Positions 7,506 through 15,849 of a DNA stretch of 64,000 bases are shown in pieces; position 1 is the stretch's first letter, and each line of letters starts with the position of its first letter. The translations under genes were made by a program, and so were the position numbers. The DNA comes from Gaiellaceae bacterium (GTDB lineage: Bacteria > Actinomycetota > Thermoleophilia > Gaiellales > Gaiellaceae): the NCBI GenBank assembly GCA_036824055.1, contig DAITAW010000004.1, positions 2,114 through 66,113 of the forward strand, in the 5' to 3' direction. The notes below the pieces were generated by a model, which was given only the letters and a program-made list of their open reading frames with translations, was not told the origin of the DNA and did no database searches.

Positions 7506-8030
7506 ATGGCTGTACGCTTTAAGGGGTTTCTCTCGAAACTGGCCCCGGAACGAAGTCGCGCAGCACGGGTGTTGGCGAGCCGGGACGAGGAAACCGTCGG
7601 CTACTGGACCTTGCCCGAGCACCACGGCGTGGAGATTGCCTTCTTCCTCCAATTCCATGATTCGGACGATCAGGCCCTTGCCAAGCGTAAAGCGCGGATT
7701 CGCGTTGCGTACCGGAACTTTCAGCCAGAGACACTCCATTTCAAACGACGCATCGGATCGTCGGGGTCGACTGTTGAGGACTACAAGGAGGATGACGAGC
7801 TGATCATTTGGGCGGCCAGGAACGATGACGATCGGGCCCCCTATGTCGAGCGGATCCTCGACGACGCTGTTGGCGTACGAAAGCGTCCGGACCGTTCTGA
7901 ACTTCAGGCGAAGATTGAATTTACAGAGCCTCAGCAGTACAGAGTATTGGGCGTCGACGAGTTCAGGTTCGCCTTTCCAGACGGAGGCAATGCCAAGTGC
8001 GTGTGTTGCTTGCAGTTTTTCCGTATCTAG
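7506..8030 (+). CDS. Hypothetical protein, 174 aa
   Basis: ATG lies 2 nt after the TGA of the 588-aa gene (tgattATG), which suggests coupling. The composition is protein-like. No known motif. Confidence 0.55.
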   Translation: MAVRFKGFLSKLAPERSRAARVLASRDEETVGYWTLPEHHGVEIAFFLQFHDSDDQALAKRKARIRVAYRNFQPETLHFKRRIGSSGSTVEDYKEDDELIIWAARNDDDRAPYVERILDDAVGVRKRPDRSELQAKIEFTEPQQYRVLGVDEFRFAFPDGGNAKCVCCLQFFRI

Positions 8031-8398
8031 CATCCCTCGCCGTGTACCTGTTCAACGCGCGTGATCTCTTCCTGAACACACGCCCGCCGCCGCATTGGAC
8101 TTGGCGGCTCTCAGCGCCGGTGATGATCGCGGGCCTGACCCCTCTTGCTCTGGCCTCGAAGACCTCGGCCGTATCGAGTGGGGAGCAGAACCTTCTATTG
8201 CTAGCTCCCGCCTTGGGAGTGATGTATGCGGTCCTCGCGTTTGGTCGCTTCCGAGAGAAGGATTTTCTGGCGCTACATCGCCCGTTTACGTTCTTCGATA
8301 GGGAGATCAAGTTTCTGTCGCGTCGCCGCTTTTGGATCGGCCTAGGAGCCTTGGTGATCGCCTACGCGGCCGCGGCGAACATCTATGTGAGCGCATAA
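7997..8398 (+). CDS. Hypothetical small integral membrane protein (3-4 predicted TM segments)
   Basis: Hydrophobic stretches LLAVFPYLASLAVYLF, APVMIAGLTPLALA, LLLLAPALGVMYAVLAF and WIGLGALVIAYAAAANIYV. The GTG start overlaps the preceding gene by 34 nt. Confidence 0.5.
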   Translation: MRVLLAVFPYLASLAVYLFNARDLFLNTRPPPHWTWRLSAPVMIAGLTPLALASKTSAVSSGEQNLLLLAPALGVMYAVLAFGRFREKDFLALHRPFTFFDREIKFLSRRRFWIGLGALVIAYAAAANIYVSA

Positions 8399-8630
8399 TG
8401 GCTCGTCTGGCCTAATTGACCGCTGGTGTCCAAAAAGGAGGCCTTTGGTGAGGTGGACCACGAGAGCGGTGGACGTGCTAATCAGCGGGCAAGAAGATCT
8501 GCGCGCCTTGGCCGTTTGCGAATCGCCGTCCCGTTAAGAATCCGTCGCGGGGCGCGAAATCCGCGAAATTCTCCCGTTAAGCGGTCGGGCCTAGCGTCAA
8601 CCCCGCTCGTGCGCTGGGCTGCGAAGTTGA

Positions 8631-8993
8631 AACCGAACCCTGCTGGCGCGCATCCGCGCCGTGCTGCGGCGGACGTCGCCGGCGGCGCACGAGGTCCTGC
8701 GGGCGGGCCCGATCGCCGCGGACCTTGCGACGAGGTGCGTGACCGTCGACGGCGTGCCGGTCACTCTCGCCGGGAAGGAGTACGAGCTCCTGCTCAAGCT
8801 GATGACCGATCCGACGAGGGTGTTCACGAAGGAGCACCTGCTCAGGGAGGTCTGGGACTTCAGGTCACTCGGCCGGACGAGGACGCTGGACTCGCACGCG
8901 TCGCGACTCCGACGGAAGCTCAGCGCCGCCGCGAACGAGGGGCCCTTCGTGCTGAACGTCTGGGGGGTGGGCTACCGGCTCCTCGGAGGATAA
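8631..8993 (+). pseudogene. OmpR/PhoB-type response-regulator remnant: only linker and winged-helix DNA-binding domain
   Basis: The frame opens right after a TGA at 8628-8630. It reads NRTLLARIRAVLRRTS...LRAGPIAADLATRCVTVDGVPVTLAGKEYELLLKLM...VFTKEHLLREVWD...TRTLDSHASRLRRKL...NVWGVGYRL, a Trans_reg_C domain. No receiver domain lies upstream. A GTG at 8661 could still allow expression of a stand-alone DNA-binding protein. Confidence 0.6.
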
Positions 8994-9004
8994 GCTCGTC
9001 CTCC

Positions 9005-9370
9005 ATGAGCGCGTTCGCCGGCCTTTCCTCGCTCGACCTGCAACGGATCTTCAACGGCGTGCACGTCCGCGTCGTACACGGCGAGCGGATCACTTTCGGC
9101 GTGGTCGAGCTCGATCCCGACAGTCACGTGCCGGAGCACCAGCACGAGAACGAGCAGCTCGGCATGTGTCTGCGCGGCACGCTCGGGTTCCGGGTCGGAG
9201 ACGAGAGCCGCGAGCTCGCTGCAGGTGACACCTGGTCGATTCCGAGCAACGTCCCGCACGAGGTCCACGTCGGTCCCGAGGGTGCGGTGGTCATCGACGT
9301 CTTCGTGCCGACCCGTGACGACTGGCGCGAGGCCGAGCGTGTCGAGCCGCGCCCGCCACGCTGGCCCTAG
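9005..9370 (+). CDS. Cupin-domain protein
   Basis: HVPEHQHENEQLGMCLRGTL and GDTWSIPSNVPHEV match the two cupin motifs. Only the part of the 8426-9370 ORF from the ATG at 9005 onward looks coding. Confidence 0.7.
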   Translation: MSAFAGLSSLDLQRIFNGVHVRVVHGERITFGVVELDPDSHVPEHQHENEQLGMCLRGTLGFRVGDESRELAAGDTWSIPSNVPHEVHVGPEGAVVIDVFVPTRDDWREAERVEPRPPRWP

Positions 9371-10275
9371 TCGAGGATCTCGACCGTGTCACCGTCCAGC
9401 AGCACGTGCGCGCGGCCGACCTGCTGACCGTCGAAGCGCGCCGACGGGCCCCAGACCCGCGCACCTGTGCAGCGCGCACCGAGGTCATGATGGATCGAAT
9501 CCGCGACGTCCAGCACCGTGAAGGGCGGGTGCAGCGCGATCGGATGCTCGCCGTCGCGTAGATAAACGCGCATCAGTCCGGTCAGCCGCCAGATCGTCTC
9601 GCGCAGACGTTCCACGCTGGCGTCGTCGAGCACGCTGACTTCGACGACCTGAAGCTTCGGGAACGCCGCGCGGAGCGCGGCGCTGTCGGCCTCATCGCTC
9701 TTCGTCGCGGCGATCACCGCCGGGCGTTCGATGCCCGCGTCGGTGACCTCGTCCATGACCGCTCGCAGTGCAGCGACCGGTGCGCCTGCGTCGTGGCAGA
9801 ACAGAATCGCGTCAGCGCCACGGAGCACGCCGAGAAGTGGACGTGCGCGGCCGCGACCCGCCGCTGCGCCTTCGATCAGACCGGGGATCTCGACCAGTTG
9901 CACGAGCACGCCGCCCACCCGAGTGAGCGCCGGCACGGGCTTCGTGGTCGTGAAAGCATAGGCGCCGGTCTTGATCTGGATGTTGGAGAGCGCCTGCAGC
10001 AGCGACGACTTCCCGGCATTCGGCACGCCGACGAGCGCGATCTGCGCGGCGCCCTCGCGCCGGACGGCGATCGAGTCGCGATGAGTCACGCGCTTCTGCA
10101 CCCGCGTGTGCTCGAGCTGCGACTCGACCCACTTGCGGATGTCCGCGTACGGGCCGTTCTTGTACCCGGGCAGCTCGGCGAGGATCGTCCTCAGCTCGCG
10201 CACGCGTTCGGAGCCGTCCTTGCCGACGAGCCGGCGTTTGATCAGTTGCATCTGCGTGCGATGCGGCATGGGCAT
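9367..10275 (-). CDS. OBG/DRG-family GTP-binding protein with C-terminal TGS domain
   Basis: The G1 motif is GVPNAGKSSL. The segments IEGAAAGRGR and ATKSD (the NKxD position) are also present. The C-terminus is TGS-like (VLDVADSIHHDLGARCTGARVWG...VLLDGDTVEI). Confidence 0.75.
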   Translation of the reverse strand: MPMPHRTQMQLIKRRLVGKDGSERVRELRTILAELPGYKNGPYADIRKWVESQLEHTRVQKRVTHRDSIAVRREGAAQIALVGVPNAGKSSLLQALSNIQIKTGAYAFTTTKPVPALTRVGGVLVQLVEIPGLIEGAAAGRGRARPLLGVLRGADAILFCHDAGAPVAALRAVMDEVTDAGIERPAVIAATKSDEADSAALRAAFPKLQVVEVSVLDDASVERLRETIWRLTGLMRVYLRDGEHPIALHPPFTVLDVADSIHHDLGARCTGARVWGPSARFDGQQVGRAHVLLDGDTVEILD

Positions 10276-10435
10276 CGCGTCACCTTCCTCTCAGACTTGC
10301 GGGAAGGCGCGCGCAACCTCGACCTGGGTCAGGTGCGCGTCCTGTCCCGCCGCTTCCACGGACGCTGTAGTCGGAAGCGGCGGACTAGCCGTGCTGCGTG
10401 CAGCAGATGGCTCGCCAGCGAGACATGGCTCGAGC

Positions 10436-10999
10436 CTACAGGATGGCGCCTTCGAGCCTGAGCAGCGTCTCCTTGCGCTCGAGCCCACCGGCGTAGCCCG
10501 TGAGCTTCCCGTTCGCTCCGATCACGCGATGGCACGGGAGGACGATCGGCAGCGGGTTCCGGTTCATGACCATGCCGACCGCGCGCGCCGCACGCGGCCG
10601 CGCCGAGCGTGCTGCGAGCTCGCCGTATGTCACGACCTCGCCGTACGGCACGCGCGCGAGCTCACGCAGCACGCGCCGATTGAAGTCGGCGAGCGAGGCG
10701 ACGTCGACTGGTAGATCGAAGCTCTGCCGCTTGCCCTCGAAGTACTCGTCGAGCTCACGCCGGGCCGCGTCGATCGGCTTCGGCGAACGCAGGACGCGAG
10801 CTCCGAAGGCTCGCGCGAGCTCCTCGAGCTCACGGTCGGGCTCCGCGTCGTACGAGATCCGGCAGAGGCCGCGCTTGCTCGCCGCAACGAGCAGCGGGCC
10901 GACGGGCGAGTCGACGAAGTCATACGCCGCATCGAGGAGGCCTTCCTCCGCTGCGGCGTCGCGGAAGCGGCGGTCGAGGTCGGGGGAAACGGCATTCAT
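10436..10999 (-). CDS. ogt: Methylated-DNA--protein-cysteine methyltransferase
   Basis: Active-site motif LPCHRVIG, helix-turn-helix YGELAARSARPRAARAVG and an N-terminal Ogt-type domain. The ATG at 10997-10999 overlaps the sigma-factor stop (ATGA). Confidence 0.85.
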   Translation of the reverse strand: MNAVSPDLDRRFRDAAAEEGLLDAAYDFVDSPVGPLLVAASKRGLCRISYDAEPDRELEELARAFGARVLRSPKPIDAARRELDEYFEGKRQSFDLPVDVASLADFNRRVLRELARVPYGEVVTYGELAARSARPRAARAVGMVMNRNPLPIVLPCHRVIGANGKLTGYAGGLERKETLLRLEGAIL

Positions 11000-11457
11000 C
11001 GAAGCTCCTTCTGTCGTAGCCGGCGAATGCCGGCCGAGGCCGCCTGGCGGGCGGCGGTCGCGTTCGATCCAAGTGCCGCGCCGATGTCGGAGTAGTCGAG
11101 GTCGTAGCCGTAGCGCAGAACGACGGCGGCGCGCTCGGTCGGCGGCAGCTGATCGGCGAGGTGCTCGAGTTGCGCAAAGGCGGGTCGGCCGTCGAGTGAT
11201 TCCAGCTCGGGCAGGTCGGCGTCGGCCCGCGGGCGGCGGTGCTCGTCGACGGCGATCCGGCTTGCGATGGTGTACGCCCAGGCGCGGAGGTGCTCGCCGT
11301 GACGCAGGTTGGGATACGCGCGAAGGGCGCGGAGGAAGGTCTCCTGGAACGCATCCTCGGCGCGCTGGCGTCCGAGCCTGCGGACCAGGAATCCGAAGAT
11401 CTCCTCGCGGTGCTGCTCGTAGAAGCGCTCGAAGGGCGGCAAGCTCATTCTCGACAT
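10996..11457 (-). CDS. ECF-type sigma-70 family RNA polymerase sigma factor
   Basis: Region 2 (EDAFQETFLRALRAY...AWAYTIASRIAVDEHRR) and region 4 (LPPTERAAVVLRYGYDLDYSDIGAALGSNATAARQAASAGIRRLR). Start taken at MSRMSL (11457). The ORF is open to 11499. Confidence 0.8.
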   Translation of the reverse strand: MSRMSLPPFERFYEQHREEIFGFLVRRLGRQRAEDAFQETFLRALRAYPNLRHGEHLRAWAYTIASRIAVDEHRRPRADADLPELESLDGRPAFAQLEHLADQLPPTERAAVVLRYGYDLDYSDIGAALGSNATAARQAASAGIRRLRQKELR

Positions 11458-11497
11458 CTTGAAACGCCGGAGGGGCCTCAGGTGTGAGGATCCCACC

Positions 11498-12325
11498 ATG
11501 CGGGTCGCCGTGGTGGGTCATGTCGAGTGGGTCGAATTCGTGCGGGTGGGGACCGTTCCCCTCTCCGGTCAGATCGTCCACGCCCTCGAGACCTGGGAAG
11601 AGCCCGGGGGAGCAGGAGCCGTCGCTGCAGCGCAACTGGCGCGGCTGGCGGGTTCCTGCTCGCTCTTCACGGCGCTCGGATCCGACGAGCTCGGGCGCCG
11701 CTCACGCGCCGAGCTGAGCCGGCTCGGCGTCGAGGTTCGGGCGATCCCGGAGACCGACCCGACCCGCCGTGCCTTCACGTATGTGGACGACACCGGCGAG
11801 AGGACGATCACCGTCCTGAACGAAAAGCTCCGACCGCGGGGTGGGGACAGCAGGTTGCCCTGGCGCGAGCTCGCGGGGATGGACGGGGTCTACTTCGTCA
11901 GCGGGGACGCCGAGGCGCTGCATCACTGCCGCACCGCCCGCGTGCTCGTTGCCACGTCGAGGGAGCTGGCGACGATCCAGGAGGCCGGTGTGGAGTTGGA
12001 TGCTCTCGTCGGGAGCGGGGAGGACGAGGCCGAGCTCTACCACCCGGGTGACCTCGTTCCGGCACCGAAGGTGGCGGTGACGACCGCCGGCGGGCTCGGC
12101 GGGTGGTTGCAGCCCGGCGGGCCTTTTCGGCCCGCTCCGCTGCCGGGACAGGTCGTCGACACCTACGGGGCCGGTGACTCCTTCGCCGCTGGCCTCACCT
12201 TTGCCCTCGCGCGGGGGGATGCCGTGGAAGACGCCGTCGCCGTGGCCGCCCGCTGCGGCGCCGCAGTGATGACCGGCCGAGGGCCCTACGCCGGGCAGCT
12301 CGGCGCGGAAGCCCTGGCCCCCTAA
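11498..12325 (+). CDS. PfkB-family carbohydrate/nucleoside kinase
   Basis: MRVAVVGHVEW..., GGAGAVAAAQLARLG and the C-terminal DTYGAGDSFAAG anion-hole motif. Confidence 0.75.
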   Translation: MRVAVVGHVEWVEFVRVGTVPLSGQIVHALETWEEPGGAGAVAAAQLARLAGSCSLFTALGSDELGRRSRAELSRLGVEVRAIPETDPTRRAFTYVDDTGERTITVLNEKLRPRGGDSRLPWRELAGMDGVYFVSGDAEALHHCRTARVLVATSRELATIQEAGVELDALVGSGEDEAELYHPGDLVPAPKVAVTTAGGLGGWLQPGGPFRPAPLPGQVVDTYGAGDSFAAGLTFALARGDAVEDAVAVAARCGAAVMTGRGPYAGQLGAEALAP

Positions 12326-12358
12326 GCCGCCGAAAAATCCCCCTTCAGGGGTGGACAG

Positions 12359-12392
12359 GTGGGGGGTGGTGGTTTAAAGTGGGGCGAAGTGG
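12359..12392 (+). promoter_or_regulatory. Candidate MraZ operator: four GTGG(GG) direct repeats phased at exactly 10 bp
   Basis: GTGG starts at 12359, 12369, 12379 and 12389, with extra copies at 12351 and 12366. The array ends 23 nt before the mraZ ATG. E. coli MraZ is known to bind TGGGN repeats with 10-bp spacing in its own promoter. Confidence 0.5.
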
Positions 12393-12414
12393 TAATCTCC
12401 ACACGGCCCCCAGC

Positions 12415-12849
12415 ATGCTCCTAGGCGCATACGACCACACACTCGATGACAAAAACCGTCTCACTCTTCCGGCCAAGTTCCGTGAAGCCTTCCTTGACGG
12501 TGTTGTCGTCACCCGCGGCCTCGACGGCTGCCTGTACGCCTTCCGTCGTGCGGATTGGGATCGACTCGTCGACTCGCGACTGTCCACGCTGGATCCGCTC
12601 AGCCCGGGGGGCCGGCGCCTCCAGAGGCACTTCTTCTCCGGAGCGTCCGAGGCCGAGCTCGACAAACAGGGCCGCGTGATGATTCCCGTCCAGCTGATCG
12701 AGCACGCAAAGCTGGGCAAGGAAGTCGTCATCGCAGGTGTCAACGACCGGCTCGAGATCTGGGACCGCGCCGCCTGGCGCAAAGAGCTGGCAGAAGTCGA
12801 AGGGAGTGCGGAGGATGTTGCCGAACGTCTTGCAAACCAGCGCGACTGA
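12415..12849 (+). CDS. mraZ: Transcriptional regulator MraZ
   Basis: MLLGAYDHTLDDKNRLTLPAKFRE... and a second DKQGRVMIP half (two SpoVT/AbrB-like repeats). First gene of the dcw cluster. The track start at 12379 lies inside the operator repeats. Confidence 0.9.
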   Translation: MLLGAYDHTLDDKNRLTLPAKFREAFLDGVVVTRGLDGCLYAFRRADWDRLVDSRLSTLDPLSPGGRRLQRHFFSGASEAELDKQGRVMIPVQLIEHAKLGKEVVIAGVNDRLEIWDRAAWRKELAEVEGSAEDVAERLANQRD

Positions 12850-13771
12850 TCACGTCCCCGTTCTCGCCGACGAGGTGCGCGAGCTCCTCGCGGTCCGGCC
12901 GGGGGAGACCGTCGTCGATGCCACCTTCGGCGCCGGCGGGCACGCCTCGCTGCTCGCTGCCGACCTGCAAGGGAGCGGGAAGCTGATCGCGATCGATCGC
13001 GATCCGGGCGCGCGCGCGTATTTCGACCGGTTGGCGAAGCGCGCGCAGGTACAGACCCGTTTCTTGCGCGGTGACTTCTCGGTCGTCCTCGAGCAACTTG
13101 CCGGCAACGGCGTCGAGGCCGACGCGATCCTGCTCGACCTCGGCGTCTCGTCGATGCAGATCGATCGCCCCGAACGCGGTTTCTCGTACACGGCCGACGC
13201 GCCGCTCGACATGCGCATGGATCCCTCGGCGGACGTCAGCGCGGCCGGAATCGTGAACGAAGCCGCAGAGCGGGATCTCGCGACCATCTTCAAGCGTTAC
13301 GGCGAGGAGCGCTATGCGCGGCAGATCGCGAGGGCGATCGTCCGGCGCCGGAAGGAGCAGCCCTTCGAGCGGACCGGTGACCTCGTCGAGACGATCAAGG
13401 CCGCGATTCCCGCGCCTGCCCGTTTCGGCGACGGGCATCCCGCGAAGCGCGTGTTCCAGGCACTGCGCATCGCGGTCAACGACGAGCTCGGTGCCCTCGA
13501 GGCTGCGCTGCCGTCCGCGTTCTCGATGCTGCGGCCCGGTGGCCGGCTCGCCGTGATCAGCTTCCACTCTCTCGAGGACCGGATCGTCAAGCGCTTCATG
13601 CGGGACCGCGAGCGCGGCTGCGTATGCCCGCCCGATTTTCCGGTGTGCGTGTGCGGCAAGACGCCCGAGCTCCGCTCGACCTCGCGCAAGGCCGTTCGGC
13701 CAAGCGCCGGGGAGACCGCGGCGAATCCGAGATCGTCGTCCGCCCGACTCCGTGTCGGAGTCAAGACCTAG
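12815..13771 (+). CDS. rsmH: 16S rRNA (cytosine1402-N4)-methyltransferase
   Basis: HVPVLADEV, DATFGAGGH, DLGVSSMQID, FHSLEDRIVK. ATG at 12815 follows GGAGG. Overlaps the mraZ 3' end. Confidence 0.9.
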   Translation: MLPNVLQTSATDHVPVLADEVRELLAVRPGETVVDATFGAGGHASLLAADLQGSGKLIAIDRDPGARAYFDRLAKRAQVQTRFLRGDFSVVLEQLAGNGVEADAILLDLGVSSMQIDRPERGFSYTADAPLDMRMDPSADVSAAGIVNEAAERDLATIFKRYGEERYARQIARAIVRRRKEQPFERTGDLVETIKAAIPAPARFGDGHPAKRVFQALRIAVNDELGALEAALPSAFSMLRPGGRLAVISFHSLEDRIVKRFMRDRERGCVCPPDFPVCVCGKTPELRSTSRKAVRPSAGETAANPRSSSARLRVGVKT

Positions 13772-13773
13772 CC

Positions 13774-14142
13774 ATGGCAGCCTGGGCCGCCGCCGCCAGG
13801 GCCGAGGAAACAGCCGCTCCGCTGCGCCCACGCACGCGACCGCGACCGCGACTACGTGTGGCGAAGCGCGAGCGACGTGTTACCGGCGGCGTCGTCTGGA
13901 TCGGGATCGTCGCGACGCTGCTTGCGGGCGTCGTCGCGACGAATGTCGCGGTGCTGCGCCTGAACATGAAGCTCGACCGCCTGGGCCGTGAGCGCACCGA
14001 CTTGCGCGCCCAGAACGCACAGCTGTCGTCGCAGCTGTCGAGCGCCGCGTCCGCGCCACGGATCCAGACGCTTGCCGCCAAACAACTCGGGTGGGTCCAG
14101 GCGACCTCCGACCAGACGACCTACTTCACGCTCCACAAGTAG
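13774..14142 (+). CDS. ftsL: FtsL-like cell-division protein (single TM plus coiled coil)
   Basis: Position between rsmH and ftsI, TM segment VVWIGIVATLLAGVVATNVAVL, then a coiled coil LNMKLDRLGRERTDLRAQNAQLSSQLS. Confidence 0.6.
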   Translation: MAAWAAAARAEETAAPLRPRTRPRPRLRVAKRERRVTGGVVWIGIVATLLAGVVATNVAVLRLNMKLDRLGRERTDLRAQNAQLSSQLSSAASAPRIQTLAAKQLGWVQATSDQTTYFTLHK

Positions 14143-14148
14143 GAGGGT

Positions 14149-15822
14149 ATGAACCGCCTCGTCAACCGGCGGATCAGGCTCTTCCTCGCGACGCTGGCCC
14201 TCGTCTTCGGTGGACTGCTCGTCCGGGCGACGTGGCTGCAGACCGTGCGGGCCGACGCGCTTTCGAGCCTGGCCCAGATCCAGCACCGGGAGACGGTCAC
14301 GATTCCCGCCGGGCGCGGGACACTTTTCGACCGCAGCGGCCTCGAGCTTGCCCTCGGCGAGCAGGCAACGACCGTCTACGCGGACCCGATGCAGATCACG
14401 AATCCGCGCCGCGCCGCGCTCGCCGTGGAGCGGACGCTCGGAGTGAACGCAGATCAGATCCTCCCGGCCCTCGCAAACCGGGCGCGGGGCTTCGTCTACG
14501 TCGCCCGCCAGGCCGATCCGGCGCAAGCCGCCGCCCTGCAGCGTCTGAAGCTCCCCGGCTTCGGCTTCTATCCCGAGGAGCGCCGCGACTATCCGCAACG
14601 ATCGGTGGCCGCGCAGGTCCTCGGGTACGTCGGCACCGACGGCAACGGCCTCTCGGGCCTGGAGCTGCAGTTCGATCACCAGTTGGCGGGCCGGCCCGGC
14701 AAGGAAACGATCACCAAGGACCCGACCGGCCAGGTGATCGACGTTCAGAACCAGATTCCCGAGGTTCCCGGGCGCGACGTGTACCTGACGCTGGATCACA
14801 GCATCCAGGCGAACGCCGAGGAAGTGCTCCGGGAGACCGTCCGCAAGTGGGCGGCCAAGAGCGCCAGCGCGATCGTCCTCGATCCGCGCACCGGCGCCAT
14901 TCTCGCGATGGCCGTCCAGCCGGGCTTCAACGCAAACAGCTTCCCGTCGACGCCGAGCGACCTGCAGCGCAACAGAACGGTCACGGACACGTACGAGCCC
15001 GGTTCGACGTTCAAGCTCGTCACAGTGGCGGGCGCGCTCTCCGAGCGGATCGTCTCGCCGAGGACCCGGTTCAGGCTGCCGTACTCGCTGCACGTTGCCG
15101 ACCGCGTCATTCACGACGCAGAGAAGCGCGGGATCGTGAACTACTCCGTCGCCCAGATCCTCGCGCACTCCTCGAACATCGGCGCGATCACGCTCGCAGA
15201 GATGCTGGGACGCACCCGTTTGTCCTCCTGGATCACGAAGTTCGGTTTCGGGCGCACGACGGGCGTCGACTTCCCCGGTGAGAGCCCCGGCATCGTCCTG
15301 CCCCCGGACAAGTGGTCAGGCTCGACGATCGGGAACGTGCCGATCGGCCAGGGAATCGCGGTCACGCCCGTCCAGATGGCGGCGGCGTACGCCGCGATCG
15401 CGAACCGAGGCGTCTGGTCGCGACCGCACCTCGTCGACCACGTCGCGGGTGGAGCGCGACCTTCGTTGAACCACCGGCGGCTCGTCTCCCCGAAGATCGC
15501 CAGGCAGCTGATGACGATGCTGAAAGACGTCGTCGCCGAAGGCACGGGACAGTTCGCCGCCGTGCCCGGCTACCAGGTCGCCGGCAAGACCGGCACCGCC
15601 CAGAAGCCCGATTCACACGGCGGCTACGCGACAGGTCGCTACGTCGCATCGTTCGTCGGGATCGTGCCGGCTTCCCGCCCGCGCTTCGTCATCCTCGTCG
15701 CCGTCGACGAGCCTCGCGGTGCAATCTGGGGCGGCACCGTTGCCGCGCCGGCCTTCCAGCAGATCGCGCGCTTCGACCTGCAGTACCTCGAGGTCCCGCC
15801 CGACGCGGCGCCGGGCCAGTAA
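14149..15822 (+). CDS. ftsI: Penicillin-binding protein (FtsI/PBP3-type transpeptidase)
   Basis: N-terminal TM anchor, then the SxxK motif GSTFK, SxN motif HSSNIG and KTGT motif AGKTGTA. dcw position. Confidence 0.9.
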   Translation: MNRLVNRRIRLFLATLALVFGGLLVRATWLQTVRADALSSLAQIQHRETVTIPAGRGTLFDRSGLELALGEQATTVYADPMQITNPRRAALAVERTLGVNADQILPALANRARGFVYVARQADPAQAAALQRLKLPGFGFYPEERRDYPQRSVAAQVLGYVGTDGNGLSGLELQFDHQLAGRPGKETITKDPTGQVIDVQNQIPEVPGRDVYLTLDHSIQANAEEVLRETVRKWAAKSASAIVLDPRTGAILAMAVQPGFNANSFPSTPSDLQRNRTVTDTYEPGSTFKLVTVAGALSERIVSPRTRFRLPYSLHVADRVIHDAEKRGIVNYSVAQILAHSSNIGAITLAEMLGRTRLSSWITKFGFGRTTGVDFPGESPGIVLPPDKWSGSTIGNVPIGQGIAVTPVQMAAAYAAIANRGVWSRPHLVDHVAGGARPSLNHRRLVSPKIARQLMTMLKDVVAEGTGQFAAVPGYQVAGKTGTAQKPDSHGGYATGRYVASFVGIVPASRPRFVILVAVDEPRGAIWGGTVAAPAFQQIARFDLQYLEVPPDAAPGQ

Positions 15823-15849
15823 ACGGTCGGGCGCTCTCGCGTGTACCTA

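Noticed and set aside
7026-8033. 335-aa minus-strand ORF across the 588-aa/174-aa gene junction
   Set aside because: The C-terminal two thirds are Ser/Ala/Arg-rich junk. It runs antisense to two plus-strand ORFs that are coupled to each other and have protein-like composition.
8426-9004. N-terminal 190 codons of the 314-aa ORF 8426-9370
   Set aside because: It is an Arg/Gly/Pro-rich translation that overlaps the better-supported winged-helix frame. Only the cupin part from the ATG at 9005 is credible.
11000-11635. Upstream extension of the Ogt ORF (10436-11635, 399 aa)
   Set aside because: The extension is Arg/Pro-rich and overlaps the sigma-factor and PfkB genes in other frames. Ogt starts at the ATG at 10999, coupled to the sigma stop.
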